Shown here piece by piece: positions 1-14,200 of a DNA stretch of 64,000 nt (position 1 is its first letter; every line of letters begins with the position of its first letter). Under the pieces are notes generated by a model. That model searched no databases. It had not been told where the DNA came from and saw only the letters and a list, made by a program, of their open reading frames with translations. The DNA is from Antedon mediterranea (Eukaryota > Animalia > Echinodermata), in assembly GCF_964355755.1 (NCBI RefSeq), contig NC_092678.1, positions 15,233,881 through 15,297,880 on the forward strand. The letters run 5' to 3'. The translations under genes were made by a program, and so were the position numbers.

Positions 1-395
1 CTCATCTTGCATAACACTGAACATCTCCTTACCATATACTACTCATTTTCACATAGATTCCAATATATTCATGGAATGCGGTACTGGTATTTGTTACGTT
101 TAATAGTCCTTTTATAATACACTGGCCTCGAATGTTGAAAATGTTATCTTATTTTAGGAACAAATTAAAGTAAGCTTACCAATACGATGTTTACCACTTC
201 GAGTGAATATTTTGAAAACATTCGAAAGCACATACATGTGTGTCTAAAATACTAATACTAAAAATAGCTTCCCAGTTGGCTAACCAAATTTAAAGGCACC
301 GCACAAATACACATTTGACGCGTATGATTATAAAGTGGGCTGCAATTGTTTAGTACGCGAATGACCTAGATATTTGATATACTTTATGTTTATAG

Positions 396-480
396 GAAGG
401 AAAATCAGCAGTATCTGTTTTAGAAGAAAATACGCAGATAGAACAAACAGAAAAAATAATGATTTTAGAGTATTTTGACA
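396..480 (+). CDS. Gene A exon, degenerate ankyrin C-cap-like segment (EGKSAVSVLEEN...ILEYFD)
   Basis: tttatag acceptor, gtaagt donor; phase 1 matches the next exon. Confidence 0.65.
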
Positions 481-1774
481 GTAAGTTAAAAATATTATAT
501 TAAACTACATTAAAGTTGATTTAACTTTAAAGCAAAAACGTTTTGATGTTGAACAATAAACAGTTGAATTCGGAAAACAAATGTTATTATTATTACAGTA
601 AATTTTACATACAACCCAACCGAAATGATACATGTATGTTATGCGTATTTTTAATTGTTTATAATTAGAATGGCTAGTTCCTCCAGAAATATTTGCCATG
701 GGTAAAGAGGCTATTAAGATATATAAAGATGAACTTAACAATGGTGAAATTACAGTTGTGAATTCAAGATGTATGTTTCTTGGGAAGGAAGGTGCTGGCA
801 AGACCAGCTGCGTAAAGTCCATGCTTAGAGAGAGGTAAACAAAATACAAATGATACAAATTAACATATTAGGCTAATATTTGTAATCAATTATTTCAACG
901 TAAATATATACGTGTATTATGTTTACTAATGGTTATAATATAGGCCTACAGATTTTTTTTTTTAAATTGCGTATTTGTATAAATTAGTCTGATAATTTCA
1001 ATTCGTAAAACTTACATGTTGGATGTAATGGATAAAAAAGTATTTTGTTTCAACGTCAACGTACATGTTTATAATAGATTCAACCCCAATGAACTATCGA
1101 CAGATGGTATAGTTACGGCCACCGTGTTTAAAGCAACCGACAAGATCAAATGGAAGAAGATTACAGATGAAAACGGTAAAGATTACCCGAACTCTAAATG
1201 ATTGTCTTACTTTATCATCATTATTTTTATTTCTTTAAAATTGATTACCTGTGTGTCTGGAATTTTTGAAATGTTTAAAAGACTGACATCAAACGGTAAT
1301 AGGCATACAAGTTTAAATTAATTCCTTTCTCATAAACTCCTAACAATATCTTTTAATACGATATTAATTCTTTGCCAATTTGTTTATTTGTACAGATTCT
1401 GAGCTAACCAAAAAAATGCGTGAAAATGCGTTAGCAAAAAAAGTTGACGAGTTAAGACTGGGTATGTACAGCAAAACTAATGGAAGCGTGTTTAAAATTC
1501 GAATGCATTCACCTTTCATTTATCAATTATGAACGAAACTGTAGATAAATAATAGGATTCGATATTATGGGATAAAACAATACCCTAGATGATAGTATTA
1601 AAATGGTGAAATTCAACAGTTTTATTTAGGATCACCATAAGATTATTAAAATCACATGATTAATATCATAAAATTTAAAATACCAAAAACATGACGTTAT
1701 AAACAATGATAACAATACAAATTCAAAATACTGGCAATAGTAAAACATCTTAGAAATAGGATTTAAAAAAACTT

Positions 1775-1840
<66 letters not shown>

Positions 1841-2257
1841 ACAACAGGCATAGAAATAAATTCCAAACCGCCCGGTGATACACTGAACATTATTTAATTA
1901 ATTTTTGAAACGATAAAGATGAGGAAATCTGGGAGAATGAGAAAAAGTCGCCCCAACTGAGACTCGAACTCGGACCGTCTGCTTGATATGCAGTTGCCCT
2001 AACCATTATACCACTGGGGCTTTCATGGTATTGTTCTTTAACTCGATCGGATAACGACCCTTTAACATTCTCGGCGTGGTACGGTTGGAACACAACTAGT
2101 CCTCAGTTGTACGCACGCGCACCAGAGATCAAATTGATACGCCCTCATCTATAATTCAGTATATTTATTCACTAAGCGGGATCTCGAGATATACTTTTAT
2201 ATATATATAAACATAACAGGCATAGAAATAAATTCCAAACCACCCGGTGATACACTG

Positions 2258-2292
<35 letters not shown>

Positions 2293-5200
2293 GATAAAAT
2301 AGATTCACACACAACCATCCGTAAATATCAGATTGATACCTTCTTAAACGAATTGTTTTATTTTCATAGTTTTGAATTATTGTATCGTTTTCTCAAAATA
2401 ATTTTCGTGACTTTAAACAGATATTCTATTTAATTGAAATATAATTCCTCCCTCGAATAATTTATTTCTCATTAATTAACATTTAAAGAAAACAAGCATG
2501 CTTGGAAACACCGGAAAGCAGAATAAATTCTTGTTGTGTTATTATTTATTTTATCCTGCGATAGAAAGCAATGACAACCGGAGCCTCTGGAACAAATTCA
2601 ATGATTCTGTAAGAAGTAAAATAGGAAGTGATGATTCAGAGAATATTCCAAATGAAATAACTAGCTTATGGGACTACGCTGGTCAACTGGACTACTACAT
2701 AACGCATAGGGTATGCCTATCAATATGTTATTTATTATTATAATAATGTATAAACAATAATATAATACAGTGTATACACAGGATATACATTCAATTTGAC
2801 ATTATCCATAAAATTAATTCGCAGGCGTAATTTCGATATTACCGTTACCGTAATTGTATATTCCATAGCAACAACCAAATTATAATATACGGTGATGGCT
2901 ATCTATAATTAACAACGTATCTACCAGATACGTTGTTCTGCCACGGAAATGTCTACGATTTTCGCTTCAAATTCTCACAATAAGCTAAGTTACGTAATTT
3001 TGAGACAGAAACCACTGATGCATGACGATAGGCATAGCAGCGATCTTAACTAAAAGTAAAAGATATATTAAACAATATTAGGCTTATTACGCTAGACAAC
3101 TAATTTAATGTATTAACATTTATTCTAAGAATTAACTATATTTACGAAAAAGTTCAGGCAAGCTTGAAACTAGGCTAGGCTATTATTGTTACAGACCTAC
3201 CTAATCTAGCCTAGTACATCAGTATTGTCATTGAAACTAGGCTTAGCCTAGTAGGACGGCCGTCTTTGCATTGTTGTACGTAGGCCTTGTAGTAGCAGGC
3301 TAGTAGGTAGGCTATAACATAATAATGTAATAAGTCTATATCATAAATAGTAGATGCAAATGGCTAAGCCTAGCTTCAAATGCACTCTTTGTTAAGCCAA
3401 CCTAGTTCCTAGCCATCATAGATGATCGCAGCCTTCCCTTTTGTTCAAAAATAGTTTCAATCTGTAACCGCTCCACACACAACACAAAAGATTATCGACT
3501 TAGGGTTGAGGTGAGCGGGGTTCGAGTTGATTGGGGCAGCGGCACTAGACACACATAGATAATAAATAAAAGAGTACAAAATAGTTGGCTTATAGTAGAT
3601 GTGTTATTATTCTAAATCATAATGCAAATTATACAATATGCGACTTATAATTAAGTATGCTTAAAGATTTAGATAACAAGTCAAACTTAAGTTTGTTGAC
3701 AACTGGCAGTGGTCGAGCTTGTCCCCTTTTTGGTGTGGTAAACCCGTTCGAAGTTTGATGCTTATACACTCCATCGATTCCCTCGTCTGGCTGTGGACTT
3801 TACACACAGAATCCAACTTGGGCAATCTTCCCTCAACCTGAATTTGTTGAGCAAGGAATAAGTGTAAATACAACTTCTTTCAGAACGTACAAAAAGTATC
3901 AGGGAGGACCTGACTGCTCTCAATAGATTTAGAGTTGAGTTGTCTACTACGGTAGCCTTTTTGTATTTAATTCCTATAACTACAGAATTCTCTATACAGG
4001 CTTCATTCAAGGATAATTTAGGATTAGCTAATAAATCATAGCCTAGTGAGTATATAATGACAGGGTTTTATTACTACACTCTAACTTACATATAAACATA
4101 CAATCAATACGATATAAGGTGGTCAAACATATAGTACATATTTACAATATATCAAGTTGTATCTAAGATAATAAATTCATTGCTGGACAACGAGCAATGA
4201 TAAACATAAAAGTAGTATCCTATATGTAGTTAACAAGTACAACTAAAGGACCTAGCTATGTTACTTACGCTACAAAATAATAAGTTTATGTTGGTTATCT
4301 TACCTGAATTTGTTGAGCAAGGAATAAGTGTAAATACAACTTCTTTCAGAACGTACAAAAAGTATCAGGGAGGACCTGACTGCTCTCAATAGATTTAGAG
4401 TTGAGTTGTGATTTTTCCCAACTCTGCAATCTTTTTTATATATCTTGGCCCCACCCTGTTGTTCCGAAATACATTCCTGGACCATTATCTAATGGTAGAT
4501 GATGGTGGCCCTATTTCCTTATTTGGAGTTTGATCAGCTAATAGTTTATCCTTAAAATAATTAGCTCATACTTAAAGTATGTTGGTCAGTACTTTCTTTG
4601 TTTGTAAGGAAGTAGGAATGTGTAAATGTTGCAATTTCCTTGGACTGGCACACTTTTGTGGCCTGGGTTACCCTTCATCTTCTTTGACTGGCCTACTTTT
4701 GTAGCCTGGGTTACACTCACCCTGCCAAAATATTCGTCCGTCCCCGGACGACGCTCAACAAACTCAATGGTAACCAACATTTACATTAAAAGTAGTGCTT
4801 AACTACGTCACCATTTAGTTTTTGATCGTAATTCACCTGTCTTAATACATAAAATATACAGTGAAAAAAAAAATATTACATTGAAAAGGAATCAAAATTG
4901 GCGTGTATATATAAACATATAGTAAAAATAACATTATAAAATTAATTCGGCTTAGAGCCTCTTAAAAGTGATAATTGAGATTGCATCATATCAGCAAACA
5001 TTTGGTTTTGCATCCCAATGACTTGGACCACCATATTAGAAGTTGATGTAACTTGTTGGCCGGGAGCAAAATAACCTAACCTTTCTGGCTGTGTTCTTAG
5101 CCATTTAGGACGTAAGGTATCATCTGTATTAGCCTGTGGTTCGTGGACATCAGGTTGAATATCAGGCTCATTATTATCATTATCAATATTAACATTATCA

Positions 5201-8200
5201 TTGTTGTCTAAATTATGAATAACAGCATCTTCGATATCATTAATATCATGGTTAACTATTACATCTTCCTCATTGATCTGAGGTTCTATTTCGTTAACAA
5301 TTGGGGTGTCAATAATAGTTTGAGCCACGTTTTGGTCATTACCCAGATTAGGAGGTATAGATGGATCTGTTGGTTGTTGAAGTGTGCGAACTGAATTTGG
5401 AATGTAATAATCTAAATCACTATCACTTGTTTCATGTCCAGATAGTTCTGGCTGTGGGACAGTTGACTTAGGCGTTTTGTGCCCTTGTCGAGTGACAGGC
5501 TTTCTCTGTCTTTGTTTTTCTTTAGTACCACTTTTAGGGGGAGTTTCCTTTGCTGTAGCAAACCTACATGGGAGTAGCATATTTCTATGCAATGTTCTAG
5601 TAGGACCATCACTATCTTCAGGTTCTATCTTGTACACAGGGTTGTCCCCTATTTGTTTCAAAACCACATAAATAGTTTCTTCCCACCTATCAGCAAGTTT
5701 ATGTTTACCCCTTAAGCGCACATTTTTTACTAGTACCCTATCACCCTTGCAAATAGTGCATTCACGCACTTTACTATCATATCGGGCTTTATTGGCATTA
5801 GCTTTCTTGGTTGCCATTTCCTGGGCTAATTTGTGTGCTGTTTCTAGGCGATGTCGTAATTTGTCGGCATATCCCCTTGGAGAAAGTGAACCATTTTGAT
5901 TTGGGTCAATACCTAGTTGGATGTCAATTGGGAGGCGGGCTTCTCTACCAAACATTAAATAATATGGGGACATTCCCGTAGCATCATTCTTAGTACAATT
6001 GTATGCATGCACTAAGGGTGCAACATGGTCTCGCCAATGTTCTTTCTTTTGGTTTTCTAGAGTGCCTAGCATTTTAAGCAGGGTTTGGTTAAACCGTTCT
6101 ACCTGACCATTACCCTGGGGATGGTATGGGGTTGTACGAGATTTTCTTACTCCTACATATTTACATAAATCTTGGATAACTTTTGATTCGAAATCTCTGC
6201 CTTGATCTGAATGTAATTGTTTTGGAAAGCAATAATGTTGAAAGACATTATTCCACAGAGCTTTTGCTACTGTGGGGGCTTTTTGGTCCTTAGTTGGGAT
6301 AGCAATAGCATATCTAGTGAAATGGTCAGTCACAACTAATACATTTCTAGTATCCTTAGAATCGGGTTCTATAGACAGAAAGTCAATACACATTAATTCC
6401 ATAGGCATGGTGGTTCTGACACTAACTAGGGGGGCTGCTTTGGTAGCACGGGCCTTTCTTCGGACACATCGTTCACAACACCTACATTTATCTTCAATTT
6501 GGGAGGACATACGAGGCCAATAAAATCTGGATCGGGCAAGATCCAAGGTCCGTTCCATCCCAGGGTGACCAATGTCATCATGTAAGCCAGTAAATGCTTT
6601 ATCTCTATAAGCGGTTGGAAGTACTAATTGCAATTGCATAGCTCCGATATTATTTACAAATTGGCGGTATAGAATATTATCTTTTACCAATAATTTATCA
6701 AACTGTCTCAGGAGTAGCCTAGTTTCCTCGGGTAATTTTGTGAGTTCATCTTGTGTAGGTTTCCGTTTGTTATATACAAATTTAAAAATAGGTTTTATAT
6801 TAGGGTCTTGTTGTTGATGCTCTACCCACTCCGCTGCAGTAACATTAGGCAAGGTTGACTGCCCATCTATCGGCCTAATAGGGTTATCATAGATGGCGGG
6901 GATTGCATCAGGAGAATCACTAACTGACTCAACTAAGGGTGTTGTATCATTAGGTATAGTAGACTTTTTAACTATTTTAGCATTACAGACTGCTGTGAAC
7001 GAACAGGATGAACATTTTACTCTACCTAACACTTCGTCAGCTTTCTCTTGATATTGTTCGTATTCAAAGTCATTGGAAGGGGGGTCATGTGGGCGACGAC
7101 TAAGACCGTCTGCATCTTGATTGTTTCTACCTGCTTTGTATTTAATATCAAAGTTGTAATTGACCAGGGCGGCAAGCCACCTTTGACCTGTAGCGTCAAG
7201 CTTAGCTGTCGTCAACACGTACGTTAAGGGGTTATTATCGGTGTAAATTACAAATCGTTGACCATAAAGATAGTCAGTAAATTTCTCAGTCACCGCCCAT
7301 TTTAGGGCAAGAAACTCTAATTTATGAGCAGGATAATTGGCTTCACTTTTGGATAACCCACGACTAGCATAGGCAATTACCCTCTTTATCCCATTTATCT
7401 CTTGATATAGGGCTGCACCTAACCCGCTTGTGCTAGCGTCGGTATGTAGGATAAATGGTGAATTGTAGTCTGCGAATCCTAATATAGGGGCTGAAGACAA
7501 TTTATCTATTAGTACATCAAATGCCACCTGACATGATTCGGACCAGTTAGTACCAAATGGGGTATTAGGACTAGGGCGCCTTTCTGAGGGAGTATTGGAT
7601 TTAGGTTTTTTGAACGTTTTACCTCGTTTACGTATTGGGTCATACTTAGTCATAAGTTGGTTTAATGGTTTGGCAATATGGCTATAATGCTGTATAAATC
7701 GTCGATAATAACCAGCAAAACCTAGAAATGATTTCAATTCTTTTACATTTGAGGGGCGGGGCCAAGATTTGACAGCCTCTACCTTATCTGGGTCAGTGCT
7801 TACCCCATCCTCTGAAATGACATGGCCCAAGCACTTAATGGAAGTTTGGGCAAAATTGCACTTGTCTGGATTTAGTTTCAAGCCATACTCTTCAAGCCTA
7901 GATAATACTTTGTCTAACTTAGCTAGGTGTTCGTCTAGTGTGGTTGAAAAAACTAGTAAGTCATCTAAATAAACTAGAACGTCGGAGAATGTTAACTCCC
8001 CCATGCACTTCTCCATTAGTCGCTGGAAGGTGGCGGGGGCATTAGTGATCCCTTGGGGCATTCAGTTAAATTCATAGAATCCCAATGGGCACCAAAATGC
8101 AGTTTTTGCTTTATCCTCCTCAGCCATTTCAATTTGGTAATAGCCTGATTTGAGGTCAAGACATGAGAACCATTTGGCACCACGTAAGGTTGTAAGGGCA

Positions 8201-11200
8201 TCTTCAATGTTGGGGACGTTGTATTGGTCCCTAACCGTCCTAGAATTTAGAAGTCTGTAATCTATACATAATCAAATTTCGTTAGTCTTCTTTTTCCTGA
8301 CTAATACTATAGGAGAACTATACTGGCTTTCGGACTCTCTAATGATATTCTTCCTTAATAAATCTTGAATGTGGTCCCTAGCATCATTGAAATCTGATGG
8401 GGGTATCCTCCTACAAGGTTGACGGAATGGGGTGTCATTAGTTAGGTATATTTTATGTTTTACAGCCGAAGTTCTCCCTATATCTAAATCATTCTTTGAA
8501 AAAACATTCGGATGATTATTAAGTAAATTAATAAATTTCGCCTTATCTATATGTGAAATTGGCGAGCTATCAAAATTAAAATTGTTTGAGGCCGTACTTG
8601 AGTTACAGTGAACTTCCGGACTGTGATGCGTTATAGACTGGGGGATGAAAGCAGTGGCAATCTTAAAGTTTCTATTTAGCCTAATTTCTTTACTAGAATT
8701 TGACAAAGGAACTCTAAGTTTAACTGGGCCCATATGTTCTAACTTGACTATTAAGGGTGTGATTAAAAGCCCTCCAGGAAGTGGGGTATCCGGGGATGCT
8801 TCAATTAACACATCTAAGTTAGGGTGTACTGTGTTCTTTATAACACATTCTACCTCTACTATTTTTCCTCTAGGTATTGTCATAGGAGAACATATTTTAA
8901 CGGGGCCTAGTTTATCTTTCTTAGCCTTATCCTCTTTATACACTTCAGCCCAAGCAGAGTGTATGGGGCCTACTTTCCTTCCCTTTTTCTTAGTATTTGT
9001 CCAGCCAGTGGCCAGATCCCGAACTATACTGGTGTTGGTGCCCATTAACATAGACAGTCCCTTCCCTAATTTGGGGCACACTAAAGCTAATGTTGGGAAT
9101 TGTTTAGTATAGCCCGTCTGGACTTTAGGAAACGTTAAATTGACCTCTATATAACCTAGATAAGGTACGTTCTGACCGCCAGCACCAGTTACTATTAAAT
9201 CGGTTAATGGGTATATAGGCTTATCCCTTAATTTATCTTTATAAAAGTCTTCACTGATACATGTAACCTGCGAGCCTGTATCTAACATTGCATTACATAT
9301 ATGACCGTCAACAATTATTGTTACGACACTAGGGTCGCCTATAAGATTATTAGTTTGTGATATTGCACTATGGAGTAAATTATTGGATGTTTTTGTTCCA
9401 GTGTTTCCCTTTCTCTTTTGTTGGGACCTTTTTACTGATGGGGCAGACCGTTGTCCCTTCTTCCCGGATGCCCTCTGCCGTTTCCCGCCTGATTAAACCG
9501 TTTGACCAATTTCTGCTGTACTAATGTGGCATTAGTTGGGTTGGGACAACCCCTCATGTGGTGCCCATCCTCGCCACAATTATAACAAATTTTAGGCCTA
9601 GTGTTTGGCGCAGGTGAAGAACGCGTTTTTGGGTTAGGGGTGGACTCTGGTGGGCTTGGTGTGTTGATTTGAGGTGATGTAGCTCAGTTCTAAGAACTTC
9701 TACCTCATGGCTAAGGGCTTCATAGCTACATAACGCAGCCTTGGCACTAACTGCCTTAGGTGTTCGCTTTTCTGCCCTAGCCCTACTATTAATTTCCTCA
9801 CTTCTAACTTCTTTAATCAGTGTTAAATAAGTAGGGGGATTTGATTTGCGTTGTTTCAGGTTTAATGTAGATGATAGCATCTCGTCATATACTAGCCCAC
9901 GGACAAATTGAGCTAGTCTCATATGGTCAGCCTTTGCTACCCCAACTGCCCCAGCCTTTGTTGCCCTAGTTAGATTTTCATCTAGGCGCATTAAAAATTT
10001 AGAGGGCAGTTCCCCTTCCGACTGATATGTCTCCCTAAATAGAGTATAGAGGTCATCTGCATCCACTGCCAAATCATAGACCTCATTAAGTACATCATGG
10101 CATTCCCTAGCAGTTGATTTATCAGTCACTTTATTTAGGATATTAAGTGCTGGAGGAAAGAGACTTTGACTTAAGATGCTCTTTTGTTCAGCCTGTGATA
10201 AGCTATCATCCCTTAAAAGTTGTTGGACTAGTTGAGACCAAGTCTCAAAGTCTACCTCATTTGAAGGGATTGGCACCCGTCCCGAAAACTGTCGTAACTG
10301 ACGAACACCGGCCGTACGGGGCACGTTGATGCCTATTAGGTGTTTTACTACTACTTCTTTGGTGTCGGAGGGGATGGAATCTAGCCTAAGATCGTTCAGG
10401 GTTTTCCCATGTTCTAAGAGAAATTTTTGTAGTTGTCCCTGGAAATCTGTGGGTAGGATATGGGTGTCCTTTTCTGGGGTCTTCCCATCCCATTTTATAA
10501 TAGTCCAGGTTTCGTTATCTGTGTGGTCAATGGTTGTGGGGATATTTAGATCTACTACAGGTTTGGAAAACGAAAGTAGTAATTGAAAAGTGGTATCTGT
10601 TTCATCTATAACTTCAACAACCTGGGATCGATCTTTTTCTTTGAATGCATTAGGTATTCTATCGTGACTATAATTGGCCTTCAATACACCCCTTAATGCA
10701 ATAGCATGACTAGGATCGACCTTGTGTTTAATACATATATATCCATGGTATACAAAATAAGAAGTTACAATTGTAAATTAAAATAAGTGAAATTACGATC
10801 AAATATTACAAATTATAAAACAATAATTAGATATATAAGGGTACAACAATATTATAAAGCAAAGTTGAAAAGCATGAAATATAATACAATGATAAAAATA
10901 TGCAATATAGTATATAATTATAAATTTATTATCTAACTAGTGCCTTTTCAAGCCCCACATTGGGCGCCAGTTTTTATGTAACCGCTCTACACACAACACA
11001 AAAGATTATCGACTTAGGGTTGAGGTGAGCGGGGTTCGAGTTGATTGGGGCAGCGGCACTAGACACACATAGATAATAAATAAAAGAGTACAAAATAGTT
11101 GGCTTATAGTAGATGTGTTATTATTCTAAATCATAATGCAAATTATACAATATGCGACTTATAATTAAGTATGCTTAAAGATTTAGATAACAAGTCAAAC

Positions 11201-14200
11201 TTAAGTTTGTTGACAACTGGCAGTGGTCGAGCTTGTCCCCTTTTTGGTGTGGTAAACCCGTTCGAAGTTTGATGCTTATACACTCCACCGATTCCCTCGT
11301 CTGGCTGTGGACTTTACACACAGAATCCAACTTGGGCAATCTTCCCTCAACCTGAATTTGTTGAGCAAGGAATAAGTGTAAATACAACTTCTTTCAGAAC
11401 GTACAAAAAGTATCAGGGAGGACCTGACTGCTCTCAATAGATTTAGAGTTGAGTTGTCTACTACGGTAGCCTTTTTGTATTTAATTCCTATAACTACAGA
11501 ATTCTCTATACAGGCTTCATTCAAGGATAATTTAGGATTAGCTAATAAATCATAGCCTAGTGAGTATATAATGACAGGGTCTTATTACTACACTCTAACT
11601 TACATATAAACATACAATCAATACGATATAAGGTGGTCAAACATATAGTACATATTTACAATATATCAAGTTGTATCTAAGATAATAAATTCATTGCTGG
11701 ACAACGAGCAATGATAAACATAAAAGTAGTATCCTATATGTAGTTAACAAGTACAACTAAAGGACCTAGCTATGTTACTTACGCTACAAAATAATAAATT
11801 TATGTTGGTTATCTTACCTGAATTTGTTGAGCAAGGAATAAGTGTAAATACAACTTCTTTCAGAACGTACAAAAAGTATCAGGGAGGACCTGACTGCTCT
11901 CAATAGATTTAGAGTTGAGTTGTGATTTTTCCCAACTCTGCAGTCTTTTTTATATATCTTGGCCCCACCCTGTTGTTCCGAAATACATTCCTGGACCATT
12001 ATCTAGTGGTAGATGATGGTGGCCCTATTTCCTTATTTGGAGTTTGATCAGCTAATAGTTTATCCTTAAAATAATTAGCTCATACTTAAAGTATGTTGGT
12101 CAGTACTTTCTTTGTTTGTAAGGAAGTAGGAATGTGTAAATGTTGCAATTTCCTTGGACTGGCACACTTTTGTGGCCTGGGTTACCCTTCATCTTCTTTG
12201 ACTGGCCTACTTTTGTAGCCTGGGTTACAAATCCATTGTTTTTAAAATCATCACAGTTACGTTGTTTTGCCATGGAATGACCACAGTTACGTTGTTTTGT
12301 CACAGAATATCGCAGTTACGTTGTTTTGCCTCAGAAATGACTTTCATTCTATGCCCGTCATTTCTAAGGCAAAACAACGTATCTGTTAAAAGTGGTAGTA
12401 ACTTTTGATCAAATTGTTTAAATTATTTAACATTTTGTATTTAATAATAATTATTATTTATATACTCATGCAAAATTTCACATCATTACGATAATTTGTT
12501 GTTGAAATGCAAACACTCAAACTTCAATTAAATTTTTCTCGAAAAGCAACATTTTGTAGTTACGTTGTTTTGCCTTGGAACGGCCGCGTAGTTTGCGTTG
12601 TTTGAACTATAATGAAACGAATTTAGCCTAATAATGTAGCATTACCATTTTAACAATAATAATGCAACATTTCCGATAGCATTGCGTCGATAAATATTGA
12701 TATAGTCAAAAATACCTATATTGAATAAATAAAAGCTAAACATATGCGAAATTTGTGCAGTAGGAACTTTAACGAAGAAAAGAATGAAAATGCTCGTCTA
12801 TTAGATGGCAGATGGCAGATCACCAATCAACCATTCATATTCATCATTATTACATTTGAGGTATATTCTAATTGCCATTTGGCGATTGGAGCTTTCTCCA
12901 ATTTAATTTTAATAATAACCTTTCATTTTATAGACCACCGATACACCTACCATAAAAAACATTTTGTAGTGAAAATGTCTAACAAACAGTGAATTCAAAC
13001 ATATGTACACAACCTACATTTGTATAGTGTTAGGAGTATTAACCACAAGTTGCGCTCCATACAAGTAGAGAATGCTCCAACCGCCAAAACGAGGTTCCAA
13101 CAATTATTATATACATCAATTATCTGTGTTTTGTTTTCAGTTTTTCCTCACAAATACAGTGTCGTACTGCGTTGTGTTTAGTGCGTTGGATAAATTAGAC
13201 GAACTAGCTAAAAGACGAGATCCAGCATTGGTAAGTTCACTAAGTTAGATTATGCTTATTATATTAAAATGTAATATTAATAGTTTAATATAATGTACGT
13301 TGAGTATATATAATACAGTATATATAATTTTAAAATCTATTTTACATTTAAATTTAGGGTCCATTAGGAATGACTAATTTGGACATAATTCTGTTCTGGA
13401 TAAGGTCAGTATATGAACATACTGTGGTGCAACATGCTTCAGGAAACATCATTTCAATTGATGGCAAAGTGATAAAATCGCCTCCCATCAGTTTGGTTGC
13501 TACTCATATAGACAAATTGCAAGGAACAAAATCAGAAAAGCTGAAAGAGGTAATAGCCACAATAAAATAATTAAATATAAAGATTTATGAATATATATTG
13601 ATTATTTCGGTCTATTAATTTATAACAGTGTTTTACTGAAGTAGCAGTATGTAAAAACTTAATTAATATAATATGAAGAACAATGGTCATAACGTTGAGT
13701 ATTACAAGATACACAGATAAGATGTATAATAGAATAAATATTACACTATTATCAAAAATAATATTCCTGAGGTTTTTTTTCTGGAGAATGACAAATGTCG
13801 TATACATTTATGAGTTCTTATAAATCATCAACTGTTATGCGTTTGGGTAACGGTTTCCGAAGAAAATGGAAATAATCAGCACACATCTATCACATCAATA
13901 GAAATAATAATATCAGAAAAAAAGAGTGTAATTAAGTACTGATTAGTACCGGGATTAGTGCTTCAACAAACAACAACGTGTATAATGATAACGCTACGAA
14001 AATTATAGGTGTTTCAATGAATGTTTTGTGTTGCAGGTTATGCACCAAAATGACATGTCAACAGTTTTTTGACACTAAGATACGTCTGAAACAATAATAC
14101 ACACACATCACATATACATTGAAATCAACATCACATCCGAGAAAAAAATAGCCCTATAGAAAATAAACTGTGCAAGGGGGTGTAGGCGGGAGGGTAGATT

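Larger units (their letters stand above)
3463..12229 (-). mobile_element. Full-length Ty3/Gypsy LTR retrotransposon in a gene A intron (antisense)
   Basis: Two 1253-bp LTRs with TGTAAC...GTTACA ends, 4-bp TSD AATC (3459-3462 / 12230-12233), PBS, PPT, domain order gag-PR-RT-RH-IN. Confidence 0.97.
2912..12587. mobile_element. Degenerate DNA-transposon-like element split by the Gypsy insertion (about 2912-3462 and 12234-12587)
   Basis: The motif (g)ttacgttgttttgcc occurs repeatedly in both orientations at 12255-12600, with related copies at 2912-2945. Confidence 0.45.

Noticed and set aside
505-858. Minus-strand ORFs 505-858 and 19955-20479, and plus-strand ORFs inside Gypsy pol/gag
   Set aside because: Antisense shadows of real coding exons or of transposon ORFs.
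3661-4780. Short minus-strand ORFs repeated at 11175-12303
   Set aside because: They lie in the LTRs and repeat only because the LTRs do; no recognisable domain or env features.
8062-8274. Two in-frame TGA codons in RT as selenocysteine or readthrough
   Set aside because: Both replace conserved Arg (CGA), and gag is frameshifted as well, so simple CpG decay explains them.
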